This document shows positions 1 through 8,299 of a stretch of DNA of 64,000 nt, piece by piece. A program made the position numbers and the translations under genes. Below the pieces are notes generated by a model. It was not told where the DNA came from, made no database searches, and was given only the letters and a program-made list of their open reading frames with translations. Source of the stretch: Candidatus Peribacteria bacterium. Lineage in GTDB: Bacteria; Patescibacteriota; Gracilibacteria; Peribacterales; Peribacteraceae. Location of the stretch: contig JABICL010000039.1 of NCBI GenBank assembly GCA_018652265.1, positions 7,287-71,286 of the forward strand, given 5' to 3'. The stretch's first letter is position 1. Every line of letters begins with the position of its first letter.

Positions 1-70
1 CCTATGGCAACCATTATCAGCATTTTTCTTAAGGATTACAGAAGTAGCAAAGGAGCCAGAGAGCATGAAT

Positions 71-97
71 AAAAAAAGCGAGCCTTGAGGCCCGCTT
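71..97 (-). terminator. Rho-independent-type terminator downstream of the PUR-like gene
   Basis: Plus strand reads AAAAAAAGCGAGCCTTGAGGCCCGC. On the minus strand this is a GC-rich 7-bp stem (one mismatch), a TCAA/TTGA loop and a U7 run, about 24 nt after the stop at 121. Confidence 0.6.
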
Positions 98-120
98 TCT
101 ATCTTTAAATTCAGATGTTT

Positions 121-420
121 TTATAGTTTTCCTTTCATTTCTGAAAATGCATCTATGAATGCTTGTAGGTCTTCTGAATCAAACATAATAGTAGTTTTTC
201 TGCCTCCGCGTGACTTTTCTGAGACTTTGAAGAATTTACCATTTGCAGATTTCTTTAGGTCTATATAAAAAGTTCTCTGCTTAGCTCTAATAGTGATTGA
301 GTGAATCTCATCTCCATATTGCTTGGAGTCACCACCAGAAGCTGCTGGCTTAGGAGCAGATGTATCGTCATCGCCCTGTCCCTGACCTCCTCCTGAGAGA
401 TCATTCATTGGATCAAACAT
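121..420 (-). CDS. PUR-alpha-like (DUF3276-type) single-stranded nucleic-acid-binding protein
   Basis: 99 aa. Gly/Asp-rich N-terminus, then a PUR-repeat-like core: IRAKQRTFYIDLKKSANGKFFKVSEKSRGGRKTTIMFDSEDLQAFIDAF. Confidence 0.55.
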   Translation of the reverse strand: MFDPMNDLSGGGQGQGDDDTSAPKPAASGGDSKQYGDEIHSITIRAKQRTFYIDLKKSANGKFFKVSEKSRGGRKTTIMFDSEDLQAFIDAFSEMKGKL

Positions 421-512
421 AAATATTGGGGGAAATATAATATCTCGTCCCTCCTCCGCTTCACCTAAACTCCTCGGTCTGGTTTGCGTTTTGGAACATG
501 CAAAGGATAGTA

Positions 513-2027
513 TTATTTCTCCAAGTCCTCAAACAAAATCTCTGGCTTGCCTGCAGCACACCAAGACTTATCAGATCCCCATAAATTGATGCCTTCCAGA
601 GAAAATCCTTTATTCTGAAGTTTATCTGCATATGAAACTCCAAGTTGAATACTTATTATTTCTGCTGTATCTGGCACAAACGGAAGAAGCATGAGCCCAA
701 TATGTCTAAGGCATTCTGAAAGTACGCCCAAAACTTTTTCTCTATCTTCAATTTCTAGTCCCCATGGCTTTTTCTTGTCTATGTAAGCATTGCAATCAGA
801 TACAAGTGAACAAACTATCTGCAAAGCTTCTGAAAGTTCAAAGCTATTCATTTTTTCTGCATATTTTTTCCAAGTGTCTCCGATTATTTCTGTTTCCTCA
901 GGAACATTTATTTTTCCTCCATCTTTACCCACTAGAACGAGTACTCGATTAAGTAAGTTTCCTATGTCATTCCTGAGCTTAGAATCATACATTTTCTGCA
1001 TTCTATCCCACGAGAAATCACCGTCTCTTCCTACTGGAACTTCATGACTCAAATAAAATCTAAGTGGATCTATTCCGTACTTATCTATTACCTCAGAAGG
1101 AACTACTACATTTCCTAGAGACTTACTCATCTTCTGTCCTTCGCTAGTTAGAAATCCATGTACCAATAACTTATCTGGTGTTTTTACGCCTGCATTCTTA
1201 AGCATAGAAGGCCAATAGAGAGCATGAAAACGCGCAATATCTTTTCCTATTACATGTGTCACCTCAGCATCATCCCAGTAAGTCTTATCTTCTTTGTCTG
1301 TAAGGTATCCAAGAGGGGATATGTAATTGGTAAGAGCATCACACCATACATACATTGTTTGATTATCATCATCCGGTACTGGCACACCCCAATCCAAGCT
1401 CGACTTTGGACGAGAGAAAGAAATATCTTCTAAGCCTTGTTCTATAAGTGACAATGTTTCTTGCTGTCTAAATTTTGGGACTATCGTGTATCCATTTTTA
1501 TCCGTAAGAAGTTTTTTGAGCCATTTACTATCTTTGCTTAATAAAAAGAACCAGTTCTCTTCTGTTACTTCTTCTGGAGCTTTTTGATGGTCTGGACATT
1601 TGCCATCTACTAGATCTTTGTTTGTCATAAATCTTTCACACCCACTACAGTAGAGCGCAGTATAATTTCGTTTCTCAAGCATTCCTGAATCTTTCAATTT
1701 TTTCCATAATTCAATAACAGTTGGAAAATGTACATCTTGATCTGTTGTTCTTACAAAATAGTCATAAGAGATATTCAATTTGTCATATAAATCTTTAAAC
1801 AACGGCACATTTCTGTCTACTAACTCTTTTGGGGATATTCCTTCTTTTGCAGCAGTCCTTTGATTTTTTACTCCATGCTCATCTGTTCCTATCTGAAATC
1901 TAGTGTCATGTCCGCTTAATCTAAACCATCTAGCACAAACATCAGCAAGAACCTTCTCTAGCACATGTCCCATATGAGGTGCTGCATTTGGATAGTCTAT
2001 TGCCGTTGTTATGTATTTTTTGGACAT
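513..2027 (-). CDS. metG: Methionyl-tRNA synthetase
   Basis: 504 aa. Class-I aaRS motifs HMGH (HIGH type) and KMSKS, MetRS-like N-terminus YITTAIDYPNAAPHMGH, and a Cys knuckle CSGCERF...CPDH. Confidence 0.95.
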   Translation of the reverse strand: MSKKYITTAIDYPNAAPHMGHVLEKVLADVCARWFRLSGHDTRFQIGTDEHGVKNQRTAAKEGISPKELVDRNVPLFKDLYDKLNISYDYFVRTTDQDVHFPTVIELWKKLKDSGMLEKRNYTALYCSGCERFMTNKDLVDGKCPDHQKAPEEVTEENWFFLLSKDSKWLKKLLTDKNGYTIVPKFRQQETLSLIEQGLEDISFSRPKSSLDWGVPVPDDDNQTMYVWCDALTNYISPLGYLTDKEDKTYWDDAEVTHVIGKDIARFHALYWPSMLKNAGVKTPDKLLVHGFLTSEGQKMSKSLGNVVVPSEVIDKYGIDPLRFYLSHEVPVGRDGDFSWDRMQKMYDSKLRNDIGNLLNRVLVLVGKDGGKINVPEETEIIGDTWKKYAEKMNSFELSEALQIVCSLVSDCNAYIDKKKPWGLEIEDREKVLGVLSECLRHIGLMLLPFVPDTAEIISIQLGVSYADKLQNKGFSLEGINLWGSDKSWCAAGKPEILFEDLEK

Positions 2028-2077
2028 GCAATAATAATAGCAGTATTGGCTCTTTAAGGTTACTGCGAAGCAAGTTC

Positions 2078-2154
2078 TGGTCGGGGTAGCAGGACTCGAA
2101 CCTGCGGCCTCCTGCTCCCAAAGCAGGCACTCTAGCCAACTGAGCTATACCCCG
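2078..2154 (-). tRNA. tRNA-Pro (anticodon TGG), CCA encoded
   Basis: Reverse complement is CGGGGTATAGCTCAGTTGGCTAGAGTGCCTGCTTTGGGAGCAGGAGGCCGCAGGTTCGAGTCCTGCTACCCCGACCA. It folds as a cloverleaf with anticodon loop TTTGGGA. Confidence 0.9.
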
Positions 2155-2185
2155 GACTTGCGACAGTATACAGTATGTCAACGAA

Positions 2186-2764
2186 ATGCACCTTCTCTAT
2201 TCAGACACAATTGGCACAGAAATAATAGATGATATCGATCATCAAATTCAGGGGAAAGTAGCAGATATTCTTATAGAACCAGACAGAGGCAAGATAATTG
2301 CACTGCTTGTAGTTATTCCTGGAACATCAGAAATATATGCTCTTCAGACACAAGATATTTCCAGCTGGGGCAATCGTGTGCACATATGTGATTCAGATGT
2401 ACTGGGACCTGCAACTGATTTCGTAAGATTACAAGACATACTAAATGATCCAAGAACTGTAATAGGACAGAAAATAAAAACTGAGAGTGGTTTCCTAGTA
2501 GGAAAATGTATAGATCTACAATTTGAAGTAACAACTTTCATGATCGAATGGATTTTCCCTAGAAAATTTTTCTTTAGAAAACTGTCACTTCCAGCCAGTG
2601 ATATATTGGAAATCACAGAAAATGAGATCTTGGTTAAAGATCAAACTCCAGAAGTAGAGGAGATAGTAGAAGATGAGATAACAGATAGCGGAAATGTCCA
2701 AAATGTCACAGAACCGGCTGTAGGACGCTCGCTAAGGGGAAATCTAGACTCAAATAGAGATTGA
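2186..2764 (+). CDS. PRC-barrel-like domain protein
   Basis: 192 aa. N-terminal G.EI.D.....GKV.DILIEPDRGKIIALLV pattern typical of PRC barrels, repeated in the second half; acidic tail. Confidence 0.45.
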   Translation: MHLLYSDTIGTEIIDDIDHQIQGKVADILIEPDRGKIIALLVVIPGTSEIYALQTQDISSWGNRVHICDSDVLGPATDFVRLQDILNDPRTVIGQKIKTESGFLVGKCIDLQFEVTTFMIEWIFPRKFFFRKLSLPASDILEITENEILVKDQTPEVEEIVEDEITDSGNVQNVTEPAVGRSLRGNLDSNRD

Positions 2765-2961
2765 CATCTTATTAAGAATGTGTCAAATTATATACCTTCT
2801 GATCATTACAAATATTGATTTTCCTCATGAACAAGCTGCATAAGTAAATTAATTTTCAGCTTGATGCAAAGAGTTTGATAGAGAAAGTAATCTTTCCTAT
2901 TTGTCAAAAATCTGGTAAAAAGGAGGTTGTTCTTTCCTCTTTTTGACCCAACTAAAAAAAT

Positions 2962-4047
2962 ATGGCTACAACCACTTCAACTACCGCAGGCGATACAACA
3001 CTACAATTCAATCTACAGGACATGATTTCTGACCTATTTCTTGTTCTCACAGAGAAAGAGCAAGAAGTAATAAAGAGACGTTTTTCTATTACAGGAAGCT
3101 CTAGACAAACTCTCGAGAAGATAGGTAAGCATTTCAATGTTACTCGTGAGAGGATTAGACAGATAGAAAGTATTGCTCTTAATAAGCTTAGAAGAACTGT
3201 AGGAACTACGAAGTTGGATGACATAAACCAAATGGCCAAGGGAATCCTCCGAGCAAATGGCGGACTTATGCTCGAAGAAAGTCTAATTGCTAGCATTCTA
3301 AAAAGAATGGAGAATCCTACACCTACAGATGCATCTGTTTTGAAACTGTCTCTCTCGATAGACGGAGAGCTTTCTCATATAGGTCGTACTGGTTCTCTCA
3401 AGCCAAGCTGGAGATTCAATAGCCTTGCTCAAAAAGACATAAATGTTATTACAAATGGCGCAGTAAAAATACTAAAGAGAAGAGAAGAATGTATGAACGA
3501 AACAGAATTAGTCTCTGCTATACAGAACTTAGAATTATTCGGAGAGAAGAAGCCAAGTGATGAATTAATAGCATCAGCTCTTACTGTAGATAGTAGACTG
3601 AAAAATGTAGAGGCAGGATGGGGAATTACAGATTGGAGATTCGTTCGTCCAAGATCCATAAGAGACAAAGTAGAAATAATCCTGAAGAAAGAAGGCAGAC
3701 CACTTCACTTTGTAGAAATCGCTAATCGAATACGTGAAGCTAATTTTGATCACAAGAATGTAACAGTACAAGCTGTCCATAATGAATTGATCAGATACCC
3801 ACAGTTCGTTTTAGTTGGCCGTGGACTTTATGGTCTTAGCGAGTGGGGATTTGAACCTGGAACAGTTGCTGATGTAATAGAGAAGATTCTTGACGAAAAA
3901 GGTCCTCTCACAAAGAAAGAAATAATCGCAGAAGTTGCAAAACAGAGAAAAGTAAAAGTAGGAACCATTTCTCTGAATTTGCAGAAAATGCCTTACTTCG
4001 TTCGAGTTGGTCGTGCAGTTTACGATTTCGATAAGAGTAAGAAATAA
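2962..4047 (+). CDS. Sigma-70 region-4 domain fused to two HARE-HTH (RNAP delta-like) domains
   Basis: 361 aa. LTEKEQEVIKRRF...QTLEKIGKHFNVTRERIRQIESIALNKLRR matches sigma70_r4. GRPLHFVEIANRI...FVLVGRGLYGLSEWG and GPLTKKEIIAEV...FVRVGRAVYDF match HARE-HTH. No region 2 is recognisable. Confidence 0.6.
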   Translation: MATTTSTTAGDTTLQFNLQDMISDLFLVLTEKEQEVIKRRFSITGSSRQTLEKIGKHFNVTRERIRQIESIALNKLRRTVGTTKLDDINQMAKGILRANGGLMLEESLIASILKRMENPTPTDASVLKLSLSIDGELSHIGRTGSLKPSWRFNSLAQKDINVITNGAVKILKRREECMNETELVSAIQNLELFGEKKPSDELIASALTVDSRLKNVEAGWGITDWRFVRPRSIRDKVEIILKKEGRPLHFVEIANRIREANFDHKNVTVQAVHNELIRYPQFVLVGRGLYGLSEWGFEPGTVADVIEKILDEKGPLTKKEIIAEVAKQRKVKVGTISLNLQKMPYFVRVGRAVYDFDKSKK

Positions 4048-4058
4048 GTGGTGTCTTG

Positions 4059-4079
4059 CAGGCGTTCCGCCTGTTAATT
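4059..4079 (+). terminator. Possible terminator hairpin after the sigma-r4/HARE-HTH gene
   Basis: CAGGCG-TTC-CGCCTG is a perfect 6-bp stem, followed by TTAATT. Confidence 0.4.
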
Positions 4080-4149
4080 GTGACTAGAGGCCACAGAAAA
4101 CTCCTCATGTGCAAGATACACATGCCACGAGTTTTTAGAAGAATAATGT

Positions 4150-4226
4150 TGGTTGCGGGGACAGGATTTGAACCTGTGACCTCCAGGTTATGAGCCTGGC
4201 GAGCTACCGGACTGCTCCACCCCGCG
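4150..4226 (-). tRNA. Initiator tRNA-fMet (anticodon CAT), CCA encoded
   Basis: Reverse complement is CGCGGGGTGGAGCAGTCCGGTAGCTCGCCAGGCTCATAACCTGGAGGTCACAGGTTCAAATCCTGTCCCCGCAACCA. The C1:A72 mismatch and the CGCGGGG 5' end are typical of bacterial initiators. Confidence 0.85.
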
Positions 4227-4254
4227 TCATTCTTACGCATGTTACAATGTACTC

Positions 4255-4728
4255 ATGAAGGTGTCTATTATTCGTGTAGATAAAAATCTACCACTTCCGG
4301 GGTATGAAACTAGAGGATCATTAGGATTTGATCTGATTACAAGAGAAGATACTGTTATAGAACCAGGAAAAATAGCACTAGTGCCTGGAAATGCGATTGT
4401 TAAGATCCCAGAGGGGTATGCACTACTTCTTATTCCTAGGTCTTCGCTACCGCGCAAGAAATCGCTAATTTGCCCTCATAGTATCGGACTTATAGATCAA
4501 GATTATTGTGGTCCAAAAGATGAACTTATGGTCCAAGTTCAAAATATTTCTGATGAAAAAGTAACTGTTGAGCGTGGAGAAAAAATTGCTCAAGGACTTT
4601 TTGTAAAAGTAGAAAAAGCAGATTGGACAGAAGTATCAGGCCACAATGAAGAAACAAGAGGTGGATTTGGTTCTACTGACACCACTCCGTCCCTCGACAA
4701 GCTCGGGACTACGGCGGCGATATCATAA
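4255..4728 (+). CDS. dut: dUTP diphosphatase
   Basis: 157 aa. GSLGFDL, LIPRSS, GLIDQDY and C-terminal RGGFGSTD motifs. The last ~15 codons are encoded by repeat D1. Confidence 0.9.
   Translation: MKVSIIRVDKNLPLPGYETRGSLGFDLITREDTVIEPGKIALVPGNAIVKIPEGYALLLIPRSSLPRKKSLICPHSIGLIDQDYCGPKDELMVQVQNISDEKVTVERGEKIAQGLFVKVEKADWTEVSGHNEETRGGFGSTDTTPSLDKLGTTAAIS
4681..4726 (+). repeat. GC-rich repeat family D, copy 1
   Basis: ACCACTCCGTCCCTCGACAAGCTCGGGACTACGGCGGC is near-identical in pattern to 25451-25492 (ACCACTTCGTCCCTCGGCTAGCTCGGGACTTCGCGGC). Confidence 0.75.
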
Positions 4729-4733
4729 AATAT

Positions 4734-5177
4734 TCAAAAAGATCTCTTAAGCCTTTCAAGGCCATCATAATCCATTAAATATAGCCTCCAGTGCTCTATT
4801 GTGGGTATGTTTTGTAAATATTGCTTATAAGCTGCTTCTCTTTGTTTAAATCTGTCTGGATTATCATTTATCAGATAAGAGATAGGAGACTTTTCTGTAA
4901 GAATAAGAACTTTTTCTCCAGGATTTATACGTCCAAGGTTTTCTTTTGCATATTTATCTCTGTATTGCAGAGATCTGTAATATTCAAGCTCATTTAGTCC
5001 ATAGTCTATCTGAGCTCTGAGATCCTGGTTTCTTTTGGATAGATTTTCTAGCGTCTCTTCGAAAATAAGATTCCTGTAGAATGATATAGATAGACCAAAC
5101 GCCATTGCTCCCACAACTCCTAATCCGATTAGAATAGTAAGCCGTTTGGAAAAAGTTGATATCTCCTGTCTATGCAT
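4734..5177 (-). CDS. FtsB/DivIC-like septum formation initiator
   Basis: 147 aa. Single N-terminal TM, then a coiled coil, then the YAKENLGRINPGEKVLIL motif typical of the family. Confidence 0.55.
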   Translation of the reverse strand: MHRQEISTFSKRLTILIGLGVVGAMAFGLSISFYRNLIFEETLENLSKRNQDLRAQIDYGLNELEYYRSLQYRDKYAKENLGRINPGEKVLILTEKSPISYLINDNPDRFKQREAAYKQYLQNIPTIEHWRLYLMDYDGLERLKRSF

Positions 5178-5194
5178 ACTGTAATATTACAATA

Positions 5195-6508
5195 ATGAAA
5201 ATATTTTGTTCAGGTATAGGTGGCATAGGATTAAGTGCTTACGCAGCTTATCAGAAAGCGGCGGGTCACACAGTATGTGGATCTGATTCAGTGGACAGTG
5301 AAATTATTTTTGATCTTAGATCACAAGATGTAGAAATATCACTAAATCAAGACGGAAACGCTGTATCAGAACGTTTCGAATTATTTGTGCATACTTTGGC
5401 AATACCAGAGGATCATCCAGAATTATGCAAAGCAAAACAATTAGGAATTGAATGCATTACATATTTTGAAGCACTTGGAAGACTTACAGATACTTGGAAA
5501 TCAGTAAATAGAGAAGGGAAACTGATTGCTGTTTGTGGCACACATGGAAAATCTTCTACAACTGCAATGTGCACCAAGATGTTTTTAGATGCAGGCTTAA
5601 ATCCTTCTGTAATACTTGGAACTAAGATGAAGGAATTAAATGAAAGAAATTGGAGAAAGGCTGTGCCACGTGGCTCCGAAGGAGCTTTACGTGGGGATGG
5701 AAATATTTTTCTGGTAGAAGCGTGTGAGTATAGAAGATCATTTTTAAATTTAAATCCTGACATCATATTGGTTACAAATATAAATGGAGATCATTTTGAT
5801 GTTTTTAGGGACATGACAGATTATGAAAATGCATTTAAAGAATTTTTCGCAAAGCTAACTAAAAACGGCTCACTAATCACACATAACGATATAACGTTAT
5901 ATAGTAATAATTCTAAATTTAATATTATTGATACAGATAAATTTGACTCTCCAGAACTACAAGTACCAGGAAAGCATATGCAGGAAAATGCGAAGCTAGT
6001 AATGGCACTTGCAGATCACTTAGGAATCAAAGACATAGAAAAATCCCTATCTGAGTATTCAGGATGTTGGAGAAGGTCGGAAATAAAAGGTGAATTTAGC
6101 GACGCACTTCTAATAGATGATTACGCACATCATCCTAGAGAAATAAAAACTACTCTAGAGGGCATAAAAAAATCATATCCAGATAGAAGGCTAGTATGTG
6201 TATTTCAACCACATACTCACGATAGAACTATCAAATTATACGATGAATTTTTGGTCTCTTTTGAATCTGCAGATGTAGTAATAATTCCAAATATTTACGA
6301 TGCAAGAGGGGAGTGTGATAGCGGGAAAGTAGATATAGAGAAATTTATCGCAGATATTCAAGAAGGTTCAAACGCACAAGTAATACATGGAAAGTCTCTA
6401 GAAGAAACTGCTCTAGTTTTGAAAGATGAAATTATAAAACCTGGAGACGTTGTGATAACAATGGGAGCGGGTGATGTTTGGAAAATATGCGACATGCTAA
6501 ATCCCTAG
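5195..6508 (+). CDS. murC: UDP-N-acetylmuramate--L-alanine ligase
   Basis: The start is moved to [17 protein letters not shown]. Mur ligase P-loop GTHGKSSTT and DDYAHHP motif. The upstream in-frame ATG at 5156 would overlap the divergent gene. Confidence 0.9.
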   Translation: MKIFCSGIGGIGLSAYAAYQKAAGHTVCGSDSVDSEIIFDLRSQDVEISLNQDGNAVSERFELFVHTLAIPEDHPELCKAKQLGIECITYFEALGRLTDTWKSVNREGKLIAVCGTHGKSSTTAMCTKMFLDAGLNPSVILGTKMKELNERNWRKAVPRGSEGALRGDGNIFLVEACEYRRSFLNLNPDIILVTNINGDHFDVFRDMTDYENAFKEFFAKLTKNGSLITHNDITLYSNNSKFNIIDTDKFDSPELQVPGKHMQENAKLVMALADHLGIKDIEKSLSEYSGCWRRSEIKGEFSDALLIDDYAHHPREIKTTLEGIKKSYPDRRLVCVFQPHTHDRTIKLYDEFLVSFESADVVIIPNIYDARGECDSGKVDIEKFIADIQEGSNAQVIHGKSLEETALVLKDEIIKPGDVVITMGAGDVWKICDMLNP

Positions 6509-6777
6509 CCCACACTTACAACCGTACATTTCCTTTTACTTCCATCAAACTTAGTTACTTGCTTTTTAGAAAATCTAACAACTCCTGCAATCAATGCATG
6601 TAAGGAGTGATCTTTACCGCAGTATGTGTTTTTTCCTGGTCTGAATTTGGTTCCTCTCTGTCTTATTATAATTCCGCCTGAATTTACTTTTTGTCCACCA
6701 AACAACTTAACGCCTAAGCGCCTTCCTTCACTATCCCGGACATTGGAGGTAGATCCTCCTGCTTTCTTGTGTGCCAT
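6505..6777 (-). CDS. rpmA: Ribosomal protein L27
   Basis: [24 protein letters not shown]...[10 protein letters not shown] is canonical L27. Confidence 0.95.
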   Translation of the reverse strand: MAHKKAGGSTSNVRDSEGRRLGVKLFGGQKVNSGGIIIRQRGTKFRPGKNTYCGKDHSLHALIAGVVRFSKKQVTKFDGSKRKCTVVSVG

Positions 6778-6850
6778 ATCCCCAGAGTACGTTGATAGCC
6801 GCTGTAATGCAAGAATTCAAAAAGGAAAATCTTTCAAGATAACTTGCACT

Positions 6851-6966
6851 CCGCTCGCGTGCTTAAGACGGTATATGCGACGAAATCGACGTAACCCATC
6901 ACCGTTTATTACTTATCAGAGGTTTCGGATCGATTTCTTACGCAAAATACCGCCTGCACGCTTGCT
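6851..6966 (-). repeat. Family A long-hairpin repeat, copy A1 (centre type 1)
   Basis: Reverse complement of the consensus GCAAGCGTGCAGGCGGTATTTTGCGTAAGAAATC...GATTTCGTCGCATATACCGCCTTAAGCACGCGAGCGG. Lies between the divergent rpmA and rplK. Confidence 0.9.
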
Positions 6967-7071
6967 ACTTGGAATTTATAATTTGCTTGATTTTTGGTCC
7001 TCAAACCTTGAATTTCTCCATATATCCGTTTGACTTAATTATTTAGCCAAAGTACCCTTTCTGCACTTATT

Positions 7072-7497
7072 ATGGCAAAAAAGATAGCAAAAGTTATAAA
7101 GGTTCAGGCAATGGGAGGAAATGCAACACCAGCACCTCCACTTGGTCCAGCGCTCGGACAAGCGGGTGTAGATATAGGTGCTTTTGTAAATCAGTTTAAT
7201 TCCCAGACACAAGATAAGAAGGGACAGACTTTGCCTGTGCAGATAACTGTTTATGATGACAGAAGTTTTACATTTAAGATCAAATCTCCTCCAGCAGCAG
7301 TTCTTATAAGAGAGAAGATTAATTTGAAAAAAGGAAGTGGAGAACCAAATAAGAATAAGGTTGGAAAGATTTCACAAAAGCAATTAGAAGAGATTGCTGA
7401 GATAAAGAAGGCAGATTTAAATGCAAGAGACATAAAAGCAGGAGCAAAGATAATCGAAGGAACTGCCAGAAACATGGGAGTAGAAACCATTAAATAA
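7072..7497 (+). CDS. rplK: Ribosomal protein L11
   Basis: KVQAMGGNATPAPPLGPALGQAGVDIGAFVNQFN is canonical L11. Confidence 0.95.
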   Translation: MAKKIAKVIKVQAMGGNATPAPPLGPALGQAGVDIGAFVNQFNSQTQDKKGQTLPVQITVYDDRSFTFKIKSPPAAVLIREKINLKKGSGEPNKNKVGKISQKQLEEIAEIKKADLNARDIKAGAKIIEGTARNMGVETIK

Positions 7498-7514
7498 AAT
7501 TCCTAACTTTAACT

Positions 7515-8195
7515 ATGAATAAGAAACACAAAGAAAAGGCTGCTCTAATTACCAAGCCAGATTATCCTCTGGAAGAAGCGGTAGGAATGCTTACAGAGCT
7601 AAGCACATCTTCTTTTGATGGAACAGCAGAAGTACACATTGTACTTGGAATAGATACAAAAGCAGGTGATCAACAAGTTCGCTCTACAGTTGCCCTTCCA
7701 AATGGAACAGGTAAAGATGTAAGAATTGCCGCAATTGTTCCAGAAGATAAGGCAAAGGAAATGAAAGATGCAGGAGCAGTAGCTGCAGGAGAGGAAAGTC
7801 TCATAAAAGAAATAGAAAAAGGAAACTTAGACTTCGATGTCTTGATCGCTATGCCAACTGTTATGAAGAATCTTGGAAAAGTAGCTAAGACTTTGGGTCA
7901 GAAAGGCCTTATGCCAAATCCAAAAGCAGGAACAGTATCAGATGATCCTGTAAAAACTATTGGTGAATTAAAAAAGGGGAGAGTTGAGCTTCGTGCAGAC
8001 AAGCAGGGGATTGTACATACAATTTTTGGAAAGATTTCTTTCGGAAAAGAAAAGCTCGTAGAAAATCTAAACACTCTTCTACATGCACTAAATGAGGTAA
8101 AACCTTCTTCTCTTAAAGCCGAATATATCAAATCAATTACTTTATGTCCTAGTATGGGACCTGGAGTTAAGGTTGATCTAAGCAGCTTAAGCTAA
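7515..8195 (+). CDS. rplA: Ribosomal protein L1
   Basis: 226 aa, directly after rplK. FDGTAEVHIVLGID...LPNGTGK and GLMPNPKAGTV motifs. Confidence 0.95.
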   Translation: MNKKHKEKAALITKPDYPLEEAVGMLTELSTSSFDGTAEVHIVLGIDTKAGDQQVRSTVALPNGTGKDVRIAAIVPEDKAKEMKDAGAVAAGEESLIKEIEKGNLDFDVLIAMPTVMKNLGKVAKTLGQKGLMPNPKAGTVSDDPVKTIGELKKGRVELRADKQGIVHTIFGKISFGKEKLVENLNTLLHALNEVKPSSLKAEYIKSITLCPSMGPGVKVDLSSLS

Positions 8196-8200
8196 AAAAT

Positions 8201-8297
8201 ATGTCATGCTGAGCCGTACTGAGCGAGTGAGCACTTGAAGCAGAGCGACGAAGTCGCGATGCTTAAGTCTCGCGAGTCGAAGTGCGTGTCGAAGCAT
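8201..8297 (+). repeat. Family B repeat, copy B1
   Basis: ATGTCATGCTGAGCCGTACTGAGCGAGTGAGCACTTGAAGCAGAGCGACGAAGTCGCGATGCTTAAGTCTCGCGAGTCGAAGTGCGTGTCGAAGCAT. A long imperfect palindrome centred on GCGAC-GAA-GTCGC. Fills the gap between convergent stops. Confidence 0.9.
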
Positions 8298-8299
8298 AA

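Noticed and set aside
1-69. A possible 3' end of a plus-strand gene (frame 1 is open to the TAA at 67-69) sharing the bidirectional hairpin at 78-96.
   Set aside because: Only 22 codons are visible with no recognisable motif, so it cannot be supported.
1942-2181. ORFs overlapping tRNA genes: 1942..2181, 3908..4240, 9580..9810, 20246..20470, 62781..62969 and 62845..63111.
   Set aside because: They are fully explained by the tRNA genes and adjacent repeats. They show no coding features.
6626-7033. The ORFs 6626..7033, 13900..14190 and 48592..48918 share the peptide CLRRYMRRN(R/Q)...FLRKIPPARLL.
   Set aside because: The shared peptide is just the translation of the family A repeat. The repeat occurs in both orientations in intergenic gaps, the ORF ends differ, and arm substitutions are base-pair-compensatory rather than codon-conserving.
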